From contig CAMXOP010000001.1 of assembly GCA_947245665.1 (NCBI GenBank), forward strand, positions 1-51,115: 51,115 nucleotides of DNA, written 5' to 3'. A program made the position numbers and the translations under genes. The notes under the pieces are model-generated. The model did no database searches. It was given only the letters and a program-made list of their open reading frames with translations, and was not told the DNA's origin. Shown one piece after another: positions 33,259-41,670 of this stretch; position 1 is the stretch's first letter; every line of letters starts with the position of its first letter. Source of the DNA: an uncultured Clostridiaceae bacterium. Lineage in GTDB: Bacteria > Bacillota > Clostridia > TANB77 > CAG-508.

Positions 33259-33384
33259 TTTTTCTCCTCCTTTTTAATATTGAAAACATTTACTTTTTTG
33301 AGGTATCTATCCTTTTTTAGATATTTGTATAAAGAGCTTCTTAAAAGGTACATATATCCCAAAAGGAAACGTCCCTAATGGGAA

Positions 33385-33573
33385 CTAATCATTTAAAAAT
33401 GACATTAATTTTTGTTTTGTATTTAGTGCATCTTGCGCTGACTTTGTAAACATTTGCTTTATTTGTGGATCTACTGCTTGTGATGCATAAGTATTTAATT
33501 TTTGATATGATGTCTCATGTGCTCCTATTAAATGTCTTAAGTTTTGTAATTCTATTTGTGTTAAGCTTGCCAT
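33385..33573 (-). CDS. small hypothetical protein (probable coat-protein partner)
   Basis: The track ORF extends to 33636, but GGAAGGA plus ATG at 33573 (MASLTQIELQNLRHLIGAHETSYQKL...) is the supported start. Paired with the CotF-like gene. Confidence 0.5.
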   Translation of the reverse strand: MASLTQIELQNLRHLIGAHETSYQKLNTYASQAVDPQIKQMFTKSAQDALNTKQKLMSFLND

Positions 33574-33729
33574 ATTATTCCTTCCTTTCTTTGACATTTT
33601 ATTTTTATTATAAACATTTTTTCTGCTTTTATACAAATTAAAAGTAAAACAAGAGACAATTGTCTCTTGCTAGTAAGTTATTATATATATATCAATTTAT
33701 TTGCATGAATTATTAACATACTGTTGATA

Positions 33730-36066
33730 TTAAGATATTATTTCTAGTCCTGCATATTTTGCCATTAGTCGTTTATGGCCTACTTTATCAAAGTTTATAT
33801 CCACTTTTACATCTTCTCCCTCTTGTTCTACATAATTTATTGTTCCTTCTCCAAATTTTTTGTGGTATATTCTTTGACCTGATTTATATTTTGTTATATC
33901 TAATTCATCTTTTGGTTTATTTAAATTATTTAAGAAACTTTCTGCAGTTCTAAATGCATATGATTTTTTTGTGTCCACTTTTTTTGTACTTTCTGTGGAT
34001 AACCCTGATATATTCCCTGCTGATTCCTTATAATTTCCAGCTGACTGGTCAAACTTATATGTTTTTACTTTTCCTGCATAGTTATTGCCATAGCTCCATC
34101 CATAATTTGAATCTTCAAATTCTTGTTTTTTATTATTGATCTCTTGATAACCTTCTAATAGTTCTTTTGGTATTTCACTTATAAACCTAGAAATAGCATT
34201 ATAACTTGTTGAGCCAAATATTGTTCTATGTTTTGCACATGATAAATATAAGTGTTCTTTTGCTCTTGTTATTCCTACATAGAATAAACGTCTTTCTTCT
34301 TCTAGTTCTCGTGGTTCTCCTATAGTCTTATATCCTGGGAATATTCCTTCTTCCATACCTACTAGAAATACTGCTGGGTATTCTAGTCCTTTGGCACTAT
34401 GTAGTGTCATTAATGTTACCATATCGTCATTTTCTTCTAAGTTATCAATATCACTAGATAATGTTATTCCTTCTAAGAAATTATTTAATGTATTTTCTGC
34501 TTCTTGTTCTTCAAATTCTATAGCTACAGTCATAAGTTCTTCTAAGTTCTGAAGTCTTGTTTCTGCTTCTATTGTATTTTCTAGTTCTAATGATTTTATA
34601 TATCCTGATTTTCTTAGTACACTAGTTAATAGTTCTGATATTTTTAATTCTTCTTTTTGATTTTTTAATTCTTCTATTAATGTTATAAATTCTCTTGAAT
34701 TTGAAAACACCCTATTTAGACCATATTTATCAGCTTCTTTTATTATTTCATACATTGATATTCCTGTTTTTTCTGATATTTCAGCTATATTATCTAAACT
34801 TGTCTTTCCTATTCCTCTTTTTGGTTCATTTATTATTCTTCTTAGCGATAGATTATCTGATGTATTTGCTATTAATCTTAAATAACAAAGTGCATCTTTT
34901 ATTTCCTTTCTTTCATAGAATTTAAGTCCTCCTATTACTTTATATGGTATTCCCTCTCTATTTAAAATATCTTCTATTGCTCTTGATTGTGTATTCATTC
35001 TATATAATACACTAAAGTCTGAATATTTATAATATTCTTCTGTTTTTAAGTAATTTATTTGTTCTATTATGTACCTTGCTTCATCATATTCATCTTCTCC
35101 TTGATAAATACATGGTATACTTCCTTCTTCATTTTCTGTCCATAATTTTTTGTCATATTTATTTTCATTATTTTTTATTACTGCATTTGCTGCTTTTAGT
35201 ATATTTCCTGTACATCTATAGTTTTGTTCTAATTTAATTATTGTAGTTCCTGGGAAATCTTTTTCAAAGTTTAGTATATTTGAAATATCTGCCCCACGGA
35301 AACTATAAATTCCTTGATCATTATCTCCTACAACTGTTATATTTCCATATCTTGATGCTAATATACTAACTAGTGTAAATTGTGCTTTATTTGTATCTTG
35401 ATATTCATCTACTAATACATATTTAAACTTATTTGTATAGTATTCTAATATATCTTCATTTTCTGTTAATATTTTTATTGTATAATTTATAATATCATCA
35501 AAGTCTATTGCATTATTTTCTTTTAATCGTTTTTGATATAATTCATAAATTTCTGCTATTTTAGATTTTCTATAGTCGCTTGCATATTTTATACTATATG
35601 CTTTTGGTTCTAACATTTCATTTTTTCCATTACTTATTTCTGACAGAACACTTCTATCTGTAAATAATTTGTCATCTACATTTAATGTTTTTAAACATTC
35701 TTTTATTAGTGTTCTTTGATCTGATGTATCAAAAATAATGAATGATGAATCAAATCCTATTCTATCTATAAATTTCCTTAAAATACGTACACAAATAGAA
35801 TGGAAAGTTCCCATCCACAAGTCTTTTGCTGCTTCTCCTACTATATTCTCTATTCTTTGTTTCATTTCATTTGCAGCTTTATTTGTAAATGTAATGGCTA
35901 ATATATTCCATGGTAGTACATTTCTTTCACTCATTAGATATGCAATTTTATGTGTTAATACTTTTGTTTTTCCACTTCCCGCTCCTGCTATTACAAGACA
36001 AGGTCCTTCTGTCTGTAATACTGCTTCTTTTTGCTTATCGTTTAATCCTTCTATTAATTCTTGCAT
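33730..36066 (-). CDS. pcrA: ATP-dependent DNA helicase PcrA (UvrD family)
   Basis: 778 aa. Walker A AGAGSGKT, DEYQDTN, and full SF1 motif order. Confidence 0.93.
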   Translation of the reverse strand: MQELIEGLNDKQKEAVLQTEGPCLVIAGAGSGKTKVLTHKIAYLMSERNVLPWNILAITFTNKAANEMKQRIENIVGEAAKDLWMGTFHSICVRILRKFIDRIGFDSSFIIFDTSDQRTLIKECLKTLNVDDKLFTDRSVLSEISNGKNEMLEPKAYSIKYASDYRKSKIAEIYELYQKRLKENNAIDFDDIINYTIKILTENEDILEYYTNKFKYVLVDEYQDTNKAQFTLVSILASRYGNITVVGDNDQGIYSFRGADISNILNFEKDFPGTTIIKLEQNYRCTGNILKAANAVIKNNENKYDKKLWTENEEGSIPCIYQGEDEYDEARYIIEQINYLKTEEYYKYSDFSVLYRMNTQSRAIEDILNREGIPYKVIGGLKFYERKEIKDALCYLRLIANTSDNLSLRRIINEPKRGIGKTSLDNIAEISEKTGISMYEIIKEADKYGLNRVFSNSREFITLIEELKNQKEELKISELLTSVLRKSGYIKSLELENTIEAETRLQNLEELMTVAIEFEEQEAENTLNNFLEGITLSSDIDNLEENDDMVTLMTLHSAKGLEYPAVFLVGMEEGIFPGYKTIGEPRELEEERRLFYVGITRAKEHLYLSCAKHRTIFGSTSYNAISRFISEIPKELLEGYQEINNKKQEFEDSNYGWSYGNNYAGKVKTYKFDQSAGNYKESAGNISGLSTESTKKVDTKKSYAFRTAESFLNNLNKPKDELDITKYKSGQRIYHKKFGEGTINYVEQEGEDVKVDINFDKVGHKRLMAKYAGLEIIS

Positions 36067-36203
36067 TTATTAATTCCTCTTTTCTATTACATTTTAGTTT
36101 TTTTCTATTAAATTTAGAGAATAAGAAGACACTAACATGGCTTACTTTATAGAATATAAAAAATACATCTATAACATTCAAATTAAAGATGTGTTTTTTG
36201 TGG

Positions 36204-36356
36204 TTATTTTCCTTTTCTTAAAATTATAACTATTTCTATAATTAGGAAAAATACAAAGATAGTAATTCCTTGTAATTCATAAAATAATATGTATATAATT
36301 TTAGTAATTGTGTTTCTACCATACGCCTCACTTATTTTATTGGAGACAAACCACAT
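36204..36356 (-). CDS. possible 50-aa small membrane protein (below the ORF-track cutoff)
   Basis: My translation: MWFVSNKISEAYGRNTITKIIYILFYELQGITIFVFFLIIEIVIILRKGK. Followed by a hairpin (ACATCT/AGATGT, 36170-36195) with A/T runs. The RBS is weak. Confidence 0.3.
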   Translation of the reverse strand: MWFVSNKISEAYGRNTITKIIYILFYELQGITIFVFFLIIEIVIILRKGK

Positions 36357-36480
36357 CTGCTTATTCTCACTTTTTATATTTTCTAGTCTATACTATTTTT
36401 TTCCTATTGTCTAGCGAACATTTATAAAAAATTAAAAAATTTGTTTGCTAACAACAAATTGCTATTTGGCCATAAAATTA

Positions 36481-36942
36481 TTAAATAGTACAATTTGTAT
36501 CTAAAATTTTTTCTAAACATTTCTCTATTTCATTTATACAGTTATTATATATGTCTGTATCATATCCCCATGGATCTTTTATATCCATATCTTGTCCATT
36601 ATTATCTATTCTTGCATATTCTTTCATTGTATATATTTTTCCTTTTAAGTTTGGGTACATATACATTACAGCTTCTTTATGCGATTTAGTTGCACATAAA
36701 ATAATATCCATTTCTTCTATTTTGGAATTTCTTATATTTGTAGCTCTATGGTTAGATATATCTACATCATAATTTTTTGCTACATATATAGCATTATAAG
36801 TAGCATAATCTCCATCTTCTGCATATATTCCACATGAATATACTTCTATATCTAACTTTCTTTCTAAAGCTTTTTTCCTTAACATTCCATCTGCCATAGC
36901 ACTTCTACATATATTTCCTGTACAAACAAACATAACTTTCAC
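36481..36942 (-). CDS. low-molecular-weight protein phosphatase (CX5R, YwlE-like)
   Basis: 153 aa. MKVMFVCTGNICRSAMADG contains the P-loop CTGNICRS. A later DPWG supplies the Asp. Confidence 0.85.
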   Translation of the reverse strand: MKVMFVCTGNICRSAMADGMLRKKALERKLDIEVYSCGIYAEDGDYATYNAIYVAKNYDVDISNHRATNIRNSKIEEMDIILCATKSHKEAVMYMYPNLKGKIYTMKEYARIDNNGQDMDIKDPWGYDTDIYNNCINEIEKCLEKILDTNCTI

Positions 36943-37032
36943 TATTTATTACCTCCCATTATAAACTTAGTATAAGCTATATTTGTTATTTTATCAATAG
37001 GTAACATATATAAACATGGCGAAAGCCACTAG

Positions 37033-37150
37033 GAGCCACTGGGGACGGAGATTTTCGGCTACTTTTAAGATAAAATATTTTATCTTAAAAGTAGCCGAAA
37101 ATCTCCGTCCCCAGTGGCTCTCAGTGGTTCAAAATCTCTGTCCCCATTTG
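37033..37150. repeat. perfect 88-bp palindrome (37033-37120) plus an adjacent degenerate half copy, GGGACGGAGATTTT family
   Basis: GAGCCACTGGGGACGGAGATTTTCGGCTACTTTTAAGATAAAATA and its exact reverse complement with no loop. Then CAGTGGTTCAAAATCTCTGTCCCCA (37122-37146), a diverged extra arm. Lies directly downstream of the prfA stop. Confidence 0.85.
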
Positions 37151-37183
37151 GTTTCTTCTTTATTTTCTTTGGATTTGTTTTTA

Positions 37184-38242
37184 TTATTCTTCTCCTTTTA
37201 GACGTTCGGCTCTATCTGCTGCTATTAAGTTGTCTATCATCTCATCTATATTTCCATTTAAAAAGTCTTCAAATTGGTATACGTTCATTCCTATTCTGTG
37301 GTCTGTTATACGTCCTTGTGGGTAGTTGTATGTACGTATTTTCTCACTTCTGTCTCCTGACCCTACCTGGCTTTTTCTTTCATTTGCTATTTGACTATCT
37401 CGTTTTTGTTTTTCTATTTCGTATAGTCTTGAACGTAGTAATCTCATTGCATATTCTCTATTTTGTACTTGTGAACGCTCTGTTTGGCATTCTGCTACTA
37501 TTCCTGTTGGTACATGTATTAACCTTACTGCTGATGATGTTTTGTTTACGTGTTGTCCACCTGCACCTGATGCTCTATATACTTCTAATTTTATATCTGC
37601 TGGGTTTATATCTATTTCTACATCTGCTACTTCTGGAAGTACTGCTACTGTTGCTGTTGATGTGTGTATTCTTCCACTACTTTCTGTGTCTGGTACACGT
37701 TGAACTCTGTGTACTCCGCTTTCAAATTTTAGCCTACTATATGCGCCTTTTCCTGTAATCATAAATGATATTTCTTTATAGCCCCCTAGCCCCGTTTCAT
37801 TTTCATTTACTACTTCTAATTTCCAATGTTTTTTTTCTGCATACATTGTATACATTCTAAATAGGGTTCCTGCAAATAAAGCAGCTTCTTCTCCTCCTGC
37901 TCCACCACGTATTTCACATATAACGTTTTTGTCATCATCTGGGTCTTTTGGTATTAGTAGTATTTTTAGTTCTTCTTCTAGTTTTGGCATAAGCTCTTTA
38001 TTAGCTAACATTTCTTCTTCTGCTAGTTCTTTCATTTCTGGGTCGTTCATCATTTCTTTTGCTTCTTCAAAAGCTTCTTTTGCTTTTTTATATTCTCTAT
38101 ATTTTTGTACTATTGGTTCTATTTCTGCGTGTTCCTTCATGTACTCTCTCCACTCATTAGTTCTAGAAATTACTTCTGGATCACTTATTTTTTCAGTTAA
38201 TTCTTCATATCTCTTCTCTACAGTTTCTAACTTATCAAACAT
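37184..38242 (-). CDS. prfA: peptide chain release factor 1
   Basis: 352 aa. GGQ motif ([10 protein letters not shown]) and RF1-type PxT tripeptide ([14 protein letters not shown]). Confidence 0.93.
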   Translation of the reverse strand: MFDKLETVEKRYEELTEKISDPEVISRTNEWREYMKEHAEIEPIVQKYREYKKAKEAFEEAKEMMNDPEMKELAEEEMLANKELMPKLEEELKILLIPKDPDDDKNVICEIRGGAGGEEAALFAGTLFRMYTMYAEKKHWKLEVVNENETGLGGYKEISFMITGKGAYSRLKFESGVHRVQRVPDTESSGRIHTSTATVAVLPEVADVEIDINPADIKLEVYRASGAGGQHVNKTSSAVRLIHVPTGIVAECQTERSQVQNREYAMRLLRSRLYEIEKQKRDSQIANERKSQVGSGDRSEKIRTYNYPQGRITDHRIGMNVYQFEDFLNGNIDEMIDNLIAADRAERLKGEE

Positions 38243-38273
38243 AAAAATTCTCCTTTTTCTATTTTACTTTGGT

Positions 38274-38302
38274 ATTATACTATATTTTTTTGATTTATTC
38301 AA
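38274..38302 (-). promoter_or_regulatory. candidate sigma-A promoter for prfA (TTGAAT-17 nt-TATAAT)
   Basis: Minus strand reads TTGAATaaatcaaaaaaatatagTATAAT, about 30 nt upstream of the prfA RBS. Confidence 0.5.
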
Positions 38303-38497
38303 GAGAAAACCACCCTTTCTATTTAGAAAAAGCGGTTTTTTTATATTATATTCTTATTCCATTTTCATATTTATCATTTGTAAATTATAGTGAACCACTT
38401 CTCTCGAAACCTGTCTATTTCCTTTGTTTTGAACTATTAAAAAATTCTTAATAGTTGAATTTTCTTGTAACTCATTTAATCTCCTATACTTATTACT

Positions 38498-40432
38498 TTA
38501 TAGTTCAATATTTTTATATTCCAACTTCAATTTTTCTAATATTTCTTTTTCTCTATTTGTACAAGTAAATATTATTATTTGATTATTTTTAAATTCTTCA
38601 CTTATGTATTTTAATATGTTGCATAGCCTTGTTTCATCGTAGTATGCAAATGCTTCATCTAGTATTATTGGCATAGTTTCTTCTGATAGTTCTTTTATTG
38701 CTCCTAGTCTTAATGATATGTATAGTTGGTCTATTGTGCCTATGCTTAGCTTTTCACTTGAAATGTATTCTCCATTTTCCTTTTCTACTATTATACCTTC
38801 TTCATCATTTATTCTAACATTTTTATATTTTCCTTCTGATATTTGTTCTATATTTTTTGATAAGTTTTTCGTAAATTTTGGTGTAACATTTTCTTTCATT
38901 TTTGTGTATGCAACTTCTAGTACTTGTTTTGCTAATTCTATTGCACTATTTTCTTTTAATAGTTTTTGTTCTTTTTCGTTTAATTCCTCTAATTCTTCTT
39001 CCATACTTGCTAATTTTTCTAGTTTTGGCAGAATGTTATTTTTATCTAGTTCTAATGAATGAATTTCTAATTTATTTTTATTAATGCTATTTTGTATATT
39101 TTCTAACTCATAAGATATATTATTTACATTTATTTCTTCTTGTTTGTATTTATTTTTTATTTCATTTTTTTGATTTTCTATTTTTACTTTTAATATATTT
39201 TTTGCATTTTCTATTACTTCTTCTTGTTCATTACTGTTTTTTGTTAGCATTTCTATTTGCGTATCTATTTTATCTATACTTGTTTTAAGTTCTTGTTTTT
39301 GCTCTTTTACTTTGTTTATTTGTTTTTCTATTTTTGCATTTTCTTCTTCTATTTTTTGCTTAAGTTTTACATTTGAAATTATTAAAAATAGTAATAATGC
39401 TACTGAAATTATTGCTGATATTGCTAATGCTAATATGTTTTTTCTTAATACTATAGCTATTATTATAAATATAACCATTAGTGTTGCAAGTACTATATTC
39501 TTCGCTTTATTTGAATTTTGTTTTGCAGTTTTTTTATTTTCATTTGGTATCTCAATTTTGTTTATTTCTTCTTTTAATTTTCTTTTATTTTGGTTTAAAT
39601 TTTCTATTTTTTGATTGTTTTCATTTAGTATGCTTTCATTTAAAATAATTTTTTGTTTTTCTATTTTTTCTTTTTCTTCTATTACTTTTAGTTCTTTTAA
39701 TATTTTTAGTTTTTCTTCTTCTTTAATTATTTTTTCTTCTAAATTTTGTTTTAATTCTTCTATTTCATATTGTTTTTCTTTATATTCTTCTAATTCTCCT
39801 ATTTCATCTTGAAGTTTAAACTTTTCTTCTTTTACAATATTTATTGGTCTTCCTTGACTTCTTAATGTTCCTATTTCTTCTATTTGCCTTTTATTTATTT
39901 TTTCTATTGCCTTTTTATATGAAACATTATCTTCACCTGTTCCTGCTAGGTTTGCTAGTTTTTGAAGTAACGTATTTTGTTCTTGTTTTCCTAGTTTTAC
40001 TTCTTGTTGCATTGATACTAGAGTTGATAAGAATGTTCCTTCATCTATTTTTGTTTGTTCTGTAAAAAATTGGTTGCCATTAGTTCTATCTATTGTAAAC
40101 TCCTTTGAAATATCATTTAATTCTTCATCATATATTTTTGGATTTTTCTTATTGAAATCTCTAAATACTTCATATTTTTTTCCATTATCTAATGTATATG
40201 TTAATTTCCCTGAAAATTCTTCACTTTTCCATGGTTTATATCTATCATAATCTGAAAACTCTTTTCCTCTTTTATTTTTAGAAATTCCATATAAATTATC
40301 CACAATAAATTTAAGAAGTGTGGATTTCCCCGCTTCATTTTTCCCATATATTATGTTTATATTTTCTGAAAGTTCTATTTCTCTGTTTTCTATATTCCCA
40401 AATGCATTTATTTGTAATTTGTTTATTTTCAT
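38498..40432 (-). CDS. SbcC/Rad50-like AAA ATPase, YhaN type, with a central membrane hairpin
   Basis: 644 aa. Walker A GKNEAGKST, a long Lys/Glu coiled coil, signature LSIGTIDQL and Walker B IILDEAF. Two hydrophobic helices lie at about aa 313-353 (IVLATLMVIFIIIAIVL / ILALAISAIISVALLLFLIIS). Confidence 0.8.
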   Translation of the reverse strand: MKINKLQINAFGNIENREIELSENINIIYGKNEAGKSTLLKFIVDNLYGISKNKRGKEFSDYDRYKPWKSEEFSGKLTYTLDNGKKYEVFRDFNKKNPKIYDEELNDISKEFTIDRTNGNQFFTEQTKIDEGTFLSTLVSMQQEVKLGKQEQNTLLQKLANLAGTGEDNVSYKKAIEKINKRQIEEIGTLRSQGRPINIVKEEKFKLQDEIGELEEYKEKQYEIEELKQNLEEKIIKEEEKLKILKELKVIEEKEKIEKQKIILNESILNENNQKIENLNQNKRKLKEEINKIEIPNENKKTAKQNSNKAKNIVLATLMVIFIIIAIVLRKNILALAISAIISVALLLFLIISNVKLKQKIEEENAKIEKQINKVKEQKQELKTSIDKIDTQIEMLTKNSNEQEEVIENAKNILKVKIENQKNEIKNKYKQEEINVNNISYELENIQNSINKNKLEIHSLELDKNNILPKLEKLASMEEELEELNEKEQKLLKENSAIELAKQVLEVAYTKMKENVTPKFTKNLSKNIEQISEGKYKNVRINDEEGIIVEKENGEYISSEKLSIGTIDQLYISLRLGAIKELSEETMPIILDEAFAYYDETRLCNILKYISEEFKNNQIIIFTCTNREKEILEKLKLEYKNIEL

Positions 40433-40464
40433 TTTTTTGCCTTTCTTTATTTTATAAATATTAT

Positions 40465-40493
40465 TTGACTTATTTGTGTTTATATATTATAAT
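40465..40493 (+). promoter_or_regulatory. perfect-consensus sigma-A promoter (TTGACT-17 nt-TATAAT) driving a short + strand transcript
   Basis: TTGACT 40465-40470, a 17-nt spacer, TATAAT 40488-40493. Followed by AAGGAG, a 6-codon ORF (40519..40539, MWLLNV) and the hairpin at 40549..40582. Confidence 0.55.
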
Positions 40494-40499
40494 AATTAT

Positions 40500-40582
40500 A
40501 GAAATAAGGAGCCACAAAATGTGGTTGCTAAATGTATGAATTATAAAAGCACATCTCTACGGGCAAGGCAGAGATGTGTTTT
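40500..40582 (+). ncRNA. candidate ~80-nt small RNA (or remnant leader), convergent with the small hydrophobic peptide gene
   Basis: Bounded by the promoter above and an intrinsic terminator (CACATCTCT/AGAGATGTG plus TTTT). There is no downstream + strand gene. Ends are inferred only. Confidence 0.3.
40549..40582. terminator. bidirectional intrinsic terminator shared by convergent units
   Basis: 9-bp stem 40550-40558 / 40570-40578 with an 11-nt loop, and U-runs on both strands. Confidence 0.7.
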
Positions 40583-40586
40583 AACG

Positions 40587-40694
40587 TTATTTGCTTAACA
40601 TTATACTAAGTACAATTATTAAGGCAAATGCTATAATAGTTACTACCACTAGGGCAGAAAAAAGTATTAATTGTAAGTATAAATTTTCTATCAT
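40587..40694 (-). CDS. 35-aa hydrophobic peptide (alternative 49-aa form from ATG 40736), type I toxin-like
   Basis: GGAGG 8 nt before ATG 40694: MIENLYLQLILFSALVVVTIIAFALIIVLSIMLSK. The upstream ATG 40736 is preceded by GGAGAA. The 72-aa track ORF extends over its own promoter and is not credible in full. Confidence 0.5.
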   Translation of the reverse strand: MIENLYLQLILFSALVVVTIIAFALIIVLSIMLSK

Positions 40695-40761
40695 ATGCAC
40701 CACCTCCATTCTATGTAATGTTGGTGGCAACCACATTCTGCTTCTCCAAATTTCAAGTTTT

Positions 40762-40790
40762 ATTATATATTGTAAAATTGAAAAAGTCAA
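40762..40790 (-). promoter_or_regulatory. perfect-consensus sigma-A promoter (TTGACT-17 nt-TATAAT) for the small peptide gene
   Basis: Minus strand reads TTGACTttttcaattttacaataTATAAT, about 20 nt before the GGAGAA/ATG 40736 region. Confidence 0.55.
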
Positions 40791-40825
40791 TGTCTTTTCA
40801 AACATTTGTTTAAATTTGAAATGGT

Positions 40826-40863
40826 AAAATAACAGGACATTTCATTTAATGTCCTGTTATTTT
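40826..40863. terminator. strong intrinsic terminator after the 196-aa gene
   Basis: AAAATAACAGGACAT (40826-40840) / ATGTCCTGTTATTTT (40849-40863), a perfect 15-bp stem with an 8-nt loop. Confidence 0.8.
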
Positions 40864-40864
40864 T

Positions 40865-41455
40865 TTATTTTATATCTTTGTAATGAATAGTATATGACCA
40901 CATATCACACCCTTTTTCCCCCATACCACCAGTACACTCTGTATTACAAGTGCTGCAACTTCTACCAACTAATTTAATCAAAATTTCTTTTTCACCTTTA
41001 ATTTGGTAGTCCTTATCTGCTTTCTTTTTATAATAATCTATAACATCTTTATATGTTTCTGTGGTATAAATCCTCTGTTCAAATCGTTGTCTTCTGGTTA
41101 AAATAGGATGGTTATTAATTTTATAACCCATTTTATCATATTTAATACCTTCTTCGTTTAATCTATAGCTTCCAACCCCTTCTGGATGATCGTAGTCAGA
41201 TATTAAAAATTCTTTACATTCACTATCATATGCGATAAGATAGCGGAACTTATTATATCCCAATTCTTTAATACGTGGCAATCTTTCATTTAAACAACCG
41301 GATTTTAACTGCTTTTGCATATTTGCATATTCTTCCTCAGTTACATGGCATACTATTACTGGAATTGCATACCGATATGTGTGTTCGATGTAATCATACA
41401 ATGACATGTTAAGCTCTTTGTCTACATCTTCATACATAACAATTATACTATTCAT
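40865..41455 (-). CDS. hypothetical protein with a Cys-rich C-terminus, compositionally foreign
   Basis: 196 aa. CSTCNTECTGGMGEKGC near the C-terminus. Visibly higher G+C, and it uses CGG, CGC, CGA, CAG and GAG codons that neighbouring genes avoid. No family recognised. Confidence 0.6.
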   Translation of the reverse strand: MNSIIVMYEDVDKELNMSLYDYIEHTYRYAIPVIVCHVTEEEYANMQKQLKSGCLNERLPRIKELGYNKFRYLIAYDSECKEFLISDYDHPEGVGSYRLNEEGIKYDKMGYKINNHPILTRRQRFEQRIYTTETYKDVIDYYKKKADKDYQIKGEKEILIKLVGRSCSTCNTECTGGMGEKGCDMWSYTIHYKDIK

Positions 41456-41603
41456 ATTTTTCCTCCTCGTATCAATTGACGTTTGTTATTAGTTACTTGG
41501 TAATTACTATTGGAGATATATAATTATAAATTTTAATGAATTTTATCATATTTTTATGTTGTTTTCAAGTGTTTTGGGTGATTTATGTTGATTTTTGAGT
41601 TTT

Positions 41604-41668
41604 CTTATTTTTTTGATTAGTATTCTTTTCCGCTATTTAGGACAGTTCCCAATGCTACCTAACGCTAC
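41604..41668. repeat. dispersed copy of the GGTAGCATTnGGGAC element
   Basis: Minus strand reads GTAGCGTTAGGTAGCATTGGGAACTGTCCTAAATAGCGGAAAAGAATACTAATCAAAAAAATAAG. It shares GGTAGCATT-GGGA.C...TCCTAA, AGCGGAAAA and CTAATCA blocks with 24361..24501. As there, it lies directly after a stop codon (yhaO-like gene). Confidence 0.6.
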
Positions 41669-41670
41669 TT

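Noticed and set aside
37630-37700. The RF1 tripeptide reads PDT rather than the PAT/PVT I remember
   Set aside because: The motif is PxT with a variable middle residue. There is no basis for inferring altered stop-codon recognition from this alone.
40695-40805. The upstream two-thirds of the 72-aa track ORF 40587..40805
   Set aside because: It runs across the TTGACT-17-TATAAT promoter that most plausibly drives the gene. The supported starts are ATG 40694 (GGAGG) or ATG 40736 (GGAGAA).
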